Assembly (NCBI GenBank): GCA_934476455.1
Contig: CAKSNY010000005.1
Coordinates: 31,455 to 95,454, forward strand
Direction: 5' to 3'
Length of the DNA stretch: 64,000 nucleotides
DNA from: an uncultured Clostridia bacterium
GTDB taxonomy: Bacteria; Bacillota; Clostridia; UMGS1883
Every line of letters begins with the position of its first letter. Positions within the stretch are counted from its first letter, which is position 1. The translations under genes were made by a program, and so were the position numbers. The notes below the pieces were generated by a model. The model had not been told where the DNA came from and searched no databases. It was given only the letters and a program-made list of their open reading frames with translations. Shown one piece after another: positions 18,841 to 25,741 of the stretch.

Positions 18841-20781
18841 TTATACTTCCTCCACCGTTAAGGTTAATACCTTTCCTGCCTCTGCCTCTATATTCAGAGT
18901 TTTTCCGTCATATCTGCATCCTTTGGGAAGATTTACAAAAGTATATCCTTCTGCCGGAATATAAAGTTCTCCGCCATTCCAACTGAATATGTTAAACGTC
19001 TCTTTCCCGTCACATACAAACAAGCTGTCACCGCCGAAGGTTTGTGCCGTTATTCTTCCATCCTCCGCTATAAGCTCCCAATCCCCGTTTTCGTTATAAA
19101 ACGGATGTCCATCTGTTTTTTTGCCGCTCAGGCTGAGAAGATTTTTAAGCGCTTTCATTTCGTTATCGGGGAGCCTTATTCCGTCGTGGAACTTATTAAC
19201 ATAGTAAAGTGACGGCGTGGAATATACCGTTGCCTTTATGTAGGTTTCCTTAACCCAATCGGTAAGCATTATCGCACCGTCTGAATCTATCAGAAGATTA
19301 GGGCACGCGAGAGCCGACGCTCTTGCTCGCAGCTCCCTCTCCTCATATACATTCTGTATATCGTGCAAACGGTTCATTGCCATTACTGTTTCAAATCTCG
19401 GATCACATCCGCTTCCGTTAAGGAGAACGTCACTCTTCACCTTAACTGCCGCCTTCTGGAATTCTTCATAAAATCGGTACATTTCCTTAATACCTATACC
19501 ATTTTCAGGATTTTGATAATGCACATCTCTGTCAGGTCTTCTGAGATTAGCCAGAAAGTCCATTTTTAGTCCATCACAGTTAAGTGCGTCACTGTCACAG
19601 CTGAAGAACAGTCTTGAGAGCTCGTCAAAGTATTCTCCTATTTTGTCAGAGGTAAAGTCCACATAATATTTTCCGTCTACTATACCTCCGCTGAGTGCGT
19701 CAGGTGAAAGGACCCCCATCCTTTGAGCCAATGTCTCAAATCCGTTAGACGGATTATCTATCAGCGGCGCACTCCATAAAAGAACCTTATGCCCTCCCTC
19801 GTGACATTCATCAATAAATTTCCTTAAATCAGAAAATCTTTCTTCGTCCACCTTTGCCTCTGCACTGAATTCGTGCTGCCAGAAAGCGTCAATTACTATT
19901 GTAAAGTCATTTTTACCCAAGATTTCCTCGGCACGTTTAAGCCACATTCTCAGCCATTCCGTAGTAAATTCGTCACAACCCCAGTCATCTGCCGTATACC
20001 AGTTATACTGCAAGTCCATCATCTGGTCGCCGTATGTAACAAGAAGCGGCCTTTTCCACCAAGAGGGAATTTCCTTCCTCTTTTCGGGAAGCAGGTTTCT
20101 CTTTCCAAGCTCTTCCCTAAAAAGACTGATGCTTTCCCACCGGGTTTTTGGGAAAGTGATAAGAAGCCTCGGTGCCTTATATGTATCCCCCTTTTTTGTT
20201 ACCAATTTTCCGCCGCGGTTCTCCACAAGTATTCCAAGCCTTGGTGTCATTCTATATTCAAATGAATCGGGCAAATCCAAAAGACCGAATGCTATCCAGC
20301 CACTGCGGTTTCCCACACAGAAATTCAGCGGCGGCGGCGCGAAATATGCATTCATTGTACAATCACAGAAAACCTTTTCAAAGGCACGGTTTACACCCTC
20401 GTTATTTCTTGGTGCGGGTGCAAAATATTTAATGCAGTCCACCATATACATACCCTTAGGACCGTTTCTGAAAAGCTCTGTCTGCTGTACATATACGTCT
20501 TTTCTTGCCTCTGCAGAAAAGGAAACCTCTATACTGTCCTCGTTAAGCAGGAAAGAAAGGCTTATTGTTCCGAAACGGTCGCACAGGCTTTTCGCAGAAA
20601 CAGTAAGCGTATTTCCCTCAAAGGAATATTCAGGCTTTACGGTTTGTATCTCCTCTCCGCCTTCGGCAAAAAGTGCCGATGCAGGTATTTTCAGATATCT
20701 TCCTCCATCGCTGTTATACAAAATAACCTCGTTAGCAATCTCACTATATTCAAAAATATAGTTACGTTTATTAATTACCAT
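18841..20781 (-). CDS. Cytoplasmic glycoside-hydrolase-like protein, 646 aa. A clan GH-D (GH36-like) TIM barrel is suspected.
   Basis: No signal peptide. CDGLKMDFLAN resembles the (F/L)K(I/M)DF nucleophile strand of GH36-type alpha-galactosidases. The RBS GGAGGAG lies upstream of ATG 20781. The family call is tentative. Confidence 0.5.
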   Translation of the reverse strand: MVINKRNYIFEYSEIANEVILYNSDGGRYLKIPASALFAEGGEEIQTVKPEYSFEGNTLTVSAKSLCDRFGTISLSFLLNEDSIEVSFSAEARKDVYVQQTELFRNGPKGMYMVDCIKYFAPAPRNNEGVNRAFEKVFCDCTMNAYFAPPPLNFCVGNRSGWIAFGLLDLPDSFEYRMTPRLGILVENRGGKLVTKKGDTYKAPRLLITFPKTRWESISLFREELGKRNLLPEKRKEIPSWWKRPLLVTYGDQMMDLQYNWYTADDWGCDEFTTEWLRMWLKRAEEILGKNDFTIVIDAFWQHEFSAEAKVDEERFSDLRKFIDECHEGGHKVLLWSAPLIDNPSNGFETLAQRMGVLSPDALSGGIVDGKYYVDFTSDKIGEYFDELSRLFFSCDSDALNCDGLKMDFLANLRRPDRDVHYQNPENGIGIKEMYRFYEEFQKAAVKVKSDVLLNGSGCDPRFETVMAMNRLHDIQNVYEERELRARASALACPNLLIDSDGAIMLTDWVKETYIKATVYSTPSLYYVNKFHDGIRLPDNEMKALKNLLSLSGKKTDGHPFYNENGDWELIAEDGRITAQTFGGDSLFVCDGKETFNIFSWNGGELYIPAEGYTFVNLPKGCRYDGKTLNIEAEAGKVLTLTVEEV

Positions 20782-20840
20782 GGTTCTCCTCCAATATAGA
20801 ATGATTATATCAGCGTCATTCTATCAAAGAATTTTTTTAC

Positions 20841-20881
20841 TGTAAATAGACAACAAGAGGAACATAGGACAATAAGTGGAA
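20841..20881 (-). promoter_or_regulatory. Operator-like bipartite motif, copy 2, overlapping the -35 of the GH36-like/DMT operon promoter.
   Basis: The minus strand reads TTCCACTTATTGTCCTATGTTCCTCTTGTTGTCTATTTACA, 37/41 identical to copy 1. It is followed by N17 and then TAGAAT (plus-strand 20818-20823). Confidence 0.65.
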
Positions 20882-21794
20882 CTTAATTAAAATAATTTTT
20901 AAAGCAATCCTTTTTTATAATTGTGAATGACTTAGCATGGGGCTGCAGACATATTCTTGGATTGACAACCTAAAAACAGTCTAAGAATATTGAACCGATT
21001 CTCCTCTTGTGCTTTTATTATTGCATGGCAACTTTCCAATATTAATTATATTTATTAAGTATTAGTGATTTTAAAGCGACATATAGATACTACATATAGT
21101 ATTATAATTGTAAATTATCTGTAAATAAGCTTTACAACCACAATATATTGTGTTAGAATACACTTGTTAATTGATTTGTGCGTGGGGTTCCCCCGGATTG
21201 TTTTTTCAATCCTATCATACGAGATGTAATGGTTGTAGTTAATGTAAACAGCATAGTTTTAAATACCGCCGTTATTACTTGCAAAGACAGTACAAAAAAT
21301 AAAACAAGTATGCGTACATATCCGTTGCTTGATGATATTGAAGAAATACTGTTGAGGATAAAAAAGCAGCAGGACGAATACAAAAAATTATTCGGCAGCT
21401 GTTATCAGGAAAGCGGATATGTATTTACAAAAGAGGATGGCTCTATGCGCCGTCCGAGTTACCCAACTCAGATGCTGACAAAAACCTTAAAGAAAAATAA
21501 CATGCCGCACCTGCGCTGGCATGACCTTCGGCACAGTTGTGCCGGCATTCTTATAATGAAAGGCTGGCAGATGAAAGAAATTTCAGGATGGTTGGGGCAC
21601 GCTGATGTAGGAACGACAATGAATATTTACGGTCACTTAAATCTTGACCACAAACGCAAATTGGGCAGCACTTTAAACGGTTTATTTGATAAAAATACAC
21701 CTGAGCGGTTAGAAATCGGTTAGAAATCTGAGTTTTTGAAGAATTTCAAAGCCAACGCAAAAAACCGTCTAACCCTATTGGTTAAGCGGTTTTT
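20882..21794. mobile_element. Decayed remnant of an earlier integrative element: an AT-rich non-coding stretch, a truncated integrase and a terminator.
   Basis: There is an abrupt switch to AT-rich sequence right after the conserved promoter motif. It has the same int-terminator-att arrangement as the intact element to its right. Confidence 0.5.
21240..21723 (+). pseudogene. Truncated tyrosine recombinase (phage-integrase family). Only the C-terminal catalytic part remains.
   Basis: TKNKTSMRTYPLLDDI...HLRWHDLRHSCAGILIMKGWQMKEISGWLGHADVGTTMNIYGHL aligns with the C-terminal half of the intact Int (PKTASSKRTIPLLPDI...HALRHAFAT...LGHSSIALTADIYSHV). The N-terminal arm-binding and core-binding region (about 200 aa) is missing. 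Confidence 0.75.
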
Positions 21795-21841
21795 ACTGGT
21801 GAGCCATCGGAGATTCGAACCCCGGACAACTTGATTAAAAG
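21795..21841 (-). repeat. Distal att direct repeat: the displaced 3' portion of tRNA-Lys.
   Basis: ACTGGTGAGCCATCGGAGATTCGAACCCCGGACAACTTGATTAAAAG is 47/47 identical to 28627-28673. Confidence 0.9.
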
Positions 21842-21954
21842 AAATATATAATGGATTTTATTAAATATATATTACCTATAATTTGATTAATGATTTATTT
21901 CTATTTTAATTTGTTTTATTATTTACTAAATTTTAATTTTTACTTTTATGCTTT

Positions 21955-21977
21955 TTGTGGTCAGCATTGTGGTCAAA
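21955..21977 (+). repeat. Tandem TTGTGGTCA pair (12-bp period) near the distal end of the element. Candidate integrase arm-type sites.
   Basis: The sequence is TTGTGGTCAgcaTTGTGGTCAAA. The same tandem pair occurs at 28536-28558. Confidence 0.5.
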
Positions 21978-22036
21978 ATAAAATACCTATTCTTTTATCC
22001 TTTGCATAATAATATATACAAATAGTATAGTTTGAG

Positions 22037-22065
22037 TTGACAATTAGACGGATTTGATATATACT
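22037..22065 (+). promoter_or_regulatory. Sigma-70/SigA-type promoter for the cargo operon.
   Basis: TTGACA (22037-22042), N17, TATACT (22060-22065). Confidence 0.6.
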
Positions 22066-22108
22066 ATATGTATATTGAATATATACTAATTGTACGGAGG
22101 TTTTGTAT

Positions 22109-23767
22109 ATGAATACATCTGAAAACAAACCATATAAAAGCACTTGTTTATCATGTGGTAAGGAATGGTACTACACAAAAAAGGATTTAAGGCAATCAGA
22201 AATAAATCGTGGCACGAACGAAAGCCGTAAAAGCCTTGGTAATTTAACTTCTATGTTCGGCAAAAATAAAGTATCGGATATTATAAACAACGTTGATGAA
22301 CTTCCAGAAATAGCACATAAATGTCCTGCGTGCGGCTCAAAAAATGTATCTCTGGAATTTATAGGCGAAAAGAAAAAACTTAGCCGTAAGGCAATTACGG
22401 GCATAATATCGGGGTCTGTCGCTTTGCTGGTTATAATTATACTGTCAATAGCTATTCCCGTATCTATACACATTAAAAATAATACGGAGCAGGTTTTATC
22501 AAATATAACCTTTGAGGGTGTAGACAATAATTCCGCTCCGCTTGCCGCATATGATTTAAAATTATTCAAAGAGCAATCTACATATACAGTTGTTGCAACG
22601 CTAAAGAAAAACAGTACAGAACCGCAAGAGGGGTATTTTGAGTTTAATATATCATTGTTTGATGAAAATGGGAAACGCATTAAATCAGACCATATTAATA
22701 CTATGCCGACACCCGATAATAATACATATTCTTTGCTTAAATACGGAAACGAGGAATACCTTGAACACAATATTTATATCATAGATAAATCAAAGCCTGT
22801 CAAAGTCGTATTTTCGGATATTAAAGAGCTTGACAAGACTTATTTTATAAGTTATATGTTAGAACAGTCAAAAAGCTATTTAGCAAAGCAAGATACGGAA
22901 AACTCAAAAAAATATGCGTTGGAAGTATTAAAGTATGACCCCGAAAATATTGAAGCAAAAGCACTATCGGGACAAATTGCACTTAATACCCCTACCCCCG
23001 AACCAAAGGCAAACAATGTTATTATCGGCTCTGATAAAGATAGTGTACGAAAGATATTTGACGGCTATAAAGAAACTAAATCTATTATGTCAGACAACGC
23101 ACTTGACTTTGAAAATAATGACTTGCTTATAACTGTATATTTTAACGGCGAAGACAAGGCAGACGGTGTACTGTTTATGCAAAACAGTTTTGACGGTGTA
23201 GACACTCTGACGGGCGAGGGGTCATATATAAGCAAGCATTATGATGAGCTTGTAGCTATGGCAACAAATGACCCTAATGTTAAAATCGAAACCGACTTGA
23301 CTAAATATAACAGTCAAGGGGTTAAAAAATATCCTATGGAAATATACATAGGAAATATACCTGAAAGCAAACCAAAAAGCACAGAAAATACGGACAGCGG
23401 ATATGCACAATTCAATCCAGAGACAGGACATTTTGAAAAAACAGACGAAAAAACAGAGCCGAAACAGCAATCCAACAATACGGAAACAAAACCGAAAAGC
23501 GAGTTTTCCTATTGTCTGACAAGCGGTATTGTTCAAGGGGTTAAATTATATTCCGCTCCGAATAATGATAGCTATGTAGGTACTATTACATCATTCAGCA
23601 ATGATATATTAGACGAGCGAGGGAAAAAGACTAAAGCTGTTTATATAAGCGGCGGTAAAAATGACGGTTGGTATAAAAGAAGCGAGGTAGGACAGCTTTA
23701 TGTGCGTAATGATGACCCTTGCTTACCGTCTGGAAGATATGTAGCGGAAAGTATGGGTATAGACTAA
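22109..23767 (+). CDS. Cargo membrane protein of unknown function (about 552 aa): cytoplasmic CxxC...CxxC zinc ribbon, 1 TM, large extracytoplasmic region.
   Basis: ATG 22109 lies 8 nt after GGAGG. The zinc-ribbon motif is CLSCGKEWYY...HKCPACGSKN. The TM segment is ITGIISGSVALLVIIILSIAIPV. The region contains a TPR-like stretch (YLAKQDTENSKKYALEVLKYDPENIEAKAL) and a Pro/Thr/Lys-rich linker. The C-terminal module (GVKLYSAPNNDSYVGTI...GWYKRSEVGQLYV) may be SH3b-like. Confidence 0.7.
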   Translation: MNTSENKPYKSTCLSCGKEWYYTKKDLRQSEINRGTNESRKSLGNLTSMFGKNKVSDIINNVDELPEIAHKCPACGSKNVSLEFIGEKKKLSRKAITGIISGSVALLVIIILSIAIPVSIHIKNNTEQVLSNITFEGVDNNSAPLAAYDLKLFKEQSTYTVVATLKKNSTEPQEGYFEFNISLFDENGKRIKSDHINTMPTPDNNTYSLLKYGNEEYLEHNIYIIDKSKPVKVVFSDIKELDKTYFISYMLEQSKSYLAKQDTENSKKYALEVLKYDPENIEAKALSGQIALNTPTPEPKANNVIIGSDKDSVRKIFDGYKETKSIMSDNALDFENNDLLITVYFNGEDKADGVLFMQNSFDGVDTLTGEGSYISKHYDELVAMATNDPNVKIETDLTKYNSQGVKKYPMEIYIGNIPESKPKSTENTDSGYAQFNPETGHFEKTDEKTEPKQQSNNTETKPKSEFSYCLTSGIVQGVKLYSAPNNDSYVGTITSFSNDILDERGKKTKAVYISGGKNDGWYKRSEVGQLYVRNDDPCLPSGRYVAESMGID

Positions 23768-23810
23768 TAAAATAATTTAATTTATAAAATGATTAAAAGA
23801 GGATATTTAT

Positions 23811-23993
23811 ATGATGAGTTTTTTCTTGCCGCTGTTGTTGGCAATAGCTATACCTATTTTAATGATTGTCGGCGGCTTTAAATCTATGGAGCAAAAAGCC
23901 AATTCGCCCTATGGGTGCGGTTGCGGTGGCTGTCTTGTAATGGTGCTGGGGATTTTATTTCTGCTTGCCGTACTTGGTTTTCTTTTTATCTAA
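23811..23993 (+). CDS. Small two-TM membrane protein (60 aa) with a CGCGGC loop motif.
   Basis: MMSFFLPLLLAIAIPILMIVGGFKSMEQKANSPYGCGCGGCLVMVLGILFLLAVLGFLFI. The RBS AAGAGGA lies upstream. It is followed directly by a terminator. Confidence 0.55.
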   Translation: MMSFFLPLLLAIAIPILMIVGGFKSMEQKANSPYGCGCGGCLVMVLGILFLLAVLGFLFI

Positions 23994-23999
23994 CACAGA

Positions 24000-24036
24000 G
24001 CATACCAATGGCTAAAAACCTTGGTATGCTTTTTCT
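24000..24036 (+). terminator. Rho-independent terminator of the cargo operon.
   Basis: Stem GCATACCAA pairs with TTGGTATGC, followed by TTTTT. Confidence 0.8.
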
Positions 24037-24420
24037 ATACCTACTACCTGTCCTTGTTTTCCGAAAAATAAAATTTTAATATAAAAGGTATCAGACTGTT
24101 AAAGGGTATGAGTAAGCTATATTGTATATAAGTCTAATTTGTATATTCGTCTATTGGTATTATTGGTAATACGGCTTCTATGGCTATTTAAAGACATTTT
24201 TATTTTACCGCTCTTTTGTTAAAATTTTTCACTTGTATGTATTATGATACTTATATAATTAAAGATATATATTCTTTGCCGCCCTTAATTTGACTTGTGA
24301 GAGAGAATAATATAAAAATACACGGTAAAAGTTTTTGATTTACGGAGCGGAAATTTAAAAATGCCGCTTATACCTGATATAAGTATAGTAAACTGTACTG
24401 CCAGTTATTACGTGTATTAT

Positions 24421-24449
24421 TTGACAACATCAAATTTCCCTGATATAAT
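24421..24449 (+). promoter_or_regulatory. Perfect-consensus promoter for the recombinase-like/XRE operon.
   Basis: TTGACA (24421-24426), N17, TATAAT (24444-24449). Confidence 0.7.
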
Positions 24450-24486
24450 ATACTAAAAAATTTAACCTTAGACATGAGAGGTCGGC

Positions 24487-25254
24487 ATGGAAGTTTACGC
24501 TTATTGCAACACATTTAAAGGTGGGTTGTCAGACGAGAAAAAATTAAATAAGTATGCGTTAGCCCACGACTATGATATAGTCCATACGTTTTATGATAAC
24601 AGCATATATAGCCGCATGGGTATATACAGATTGTTAAATAAAATTGAACATACAAGTATTAAAACAATAATCGTATATTCATTAGACCATTTATGGGGTG
24701 ATGAAGAATTACACTATATGCTTGTCTTAAAATTAAAATCAATCGAAGCAAATATAAAATGTGTCACAGAGCCGCAATACAGCATATATACGGACGATAT
24801 AACAAAAGAATGTAATTCTATATTAAAGTATCTAAATAGGCTTCTGCCGTCCGTTTTATCCGCAAAAATGGCACGGGGACGGACAGAAAAAGCAGAAAAC
24901 GGATATAAACCTAATGGTCGCATACCGTTAGGATATAAAAGAAATCAAAGCGGAAATATTGTTATTGATGATAAAGAAGCCGAAATTGTAAGACTTATTT
25001 TTAAACAATATCTATACTGTAATTCGCTTGAACAGCTTAGACTTTACCTTTCCGAACATCATATTACAAGCCGCCGAAACATACCTTTTAAGCGTGAAAC
25101 ATTACGTTATATATTGCATAATGATTTTTATATTGGTATTGTTACGTATGGTCATAAAAAGATACACGGACACCATAAAGCGATTATAGATAAACGAATG
25201 TTTTATAACGTGCAAAATGCACTTTCAAGTAATAGAAACTGTACTAATAAATAA
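24487..25254 (+). CDS. Serine-recombinase-like protein (resolvase-fold plus 'recombinase' DNA-binding domain). The catalytic residues are substituted and the zinc-ribbon/coiled-coil C-terminus is absent.
   Basis: The N-terminus VYAYCNTFKG sits where Y-x-R-V-S-T is expected (R to Y, S to N). LDHLWG sits where LDRLSR is expected. The recombinase-domain pattern is present: GRIPLGYKR...IDDKEAEIVRLIFKQYL...LRYILHNDFYIGIV...HHKAIIDKRMFYNVQ. The protein ends at 255 aa. Confidence 0.7.
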   Translation: MEVYAYCNTFKGGLSDEKKLNKYALAHDYDIVHTFYDNSIYSRMGIYRLLNKIEHTSIKTIIVYSLDHLWGDEELHYMLVLKLKSIEANIKCVTEPQYSIYTDDITKECNSILKYLNRLLPSVLSAKMARGRTEKAENGYKPNGRIPLGYKRNQSGNIVIDDKEAEIVRLIFKQYLYCNSLEQLRLYLSEHHITSRRNIPFKRETLRYILHNDFYIGIVTYGHKKIHGHHKAIIDKRMFYNVQNALSSNRNCTNK

Positions 25255-25330
25255 CCTTATCTATACTTAAAATATCTTCATAAAACAATCCTTTTAGTAT
25301 AAACTATATATACAAGGAGTTGTATTTATT

Positions 25331-25741
25331 ATGAAGATAAAAAAGCAAAGGGGTAGACAGGTGAGTAATAGAGGTCGAACACCTATTACAGAACGTAAAC
25401 CGCATACAAAAGAAATTGATTTAAAGCTTGACCGCATAGGAAATATAATCAGAGAAGCACGGCTAAATCAAGGCTTGACACAAGAGGAATTAGCGGAGCT
25501 TGTGGACGTTACACCTGCCTATATCGGGCATATAGAACGCAATCAGCGGAGTTTTTCCCTGCAAACGCTTGTAAAGCTTGTTACAGAGCTTGACATAGAT
25601 ATGAACTATCTTTTTTCCGAAAGTGCTCCCACAAGTGAGGAACAGATTGTTATAGACTTTAAACAGCTTATAAAAGGAAAACCGCTCCAGACACAAGAAG
25701 CGGTTTTAGACATAGTGCGCACGGCATTAAAACATCTTTAA
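25331..25741 (+). CDS. XRE-family helix-turn-helix transcriptional regulator.
   Basis: IREARLNQGLTQEELAELVDVTPAYIGHIERNQRSFSLQTLVKLVTELDIDMNYLF. The RBS AAGGAG lies upstream. Confidence 0.85.
   Translation: MKIKKQRGRQVSNRGRTPITERKPHTKEIDLKLDRIGNIIREARLNQGLTQEELAELVDVTPAYIGHIERNQRSFSLQTLVKLVTELDIDMNYLFSESAPTSEEQIVIDFKQLIKGKPLQTQEAVLDIVRTALKHL

Noticed and set aside
20882-20894. ACTTAATTAAAAT resembles the att core end ACTTGATTAAAAG. It was considered as the far boundary of the older element.
   Set aside because: Only 11/13 bases match, in very AT-rich DNA. There is no adjoining T-arm sequence (GGAGATTCGAACC). It cannot be told apart from chance.
21139-21152. A perfect 14-bp palindrome, CACAATATATTGTG, upstream of the truncated integrase.
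   Set aside because: It is an isolated AT-rich palindrome within a decayed region. It has no partner sites or intact gene to regulate, so it is not interpretable.
22171-22770. A 199-aa minus-strand ORF inside the element's cargo gene.
   Set aside because: It is antisense to the 552-aa gene, which has a promoter, an RBS and a terminator. It has no start context of its own.
23811-23993. The 60-aa two-TM peptide considered as a phage holin.
   Set aside because: There is no endolysin or any other phage lysis or structural gene in the element. The peptide also lacks the charged C-terminal tail typical of holins. It is kept only as an unknown membrane peptide.
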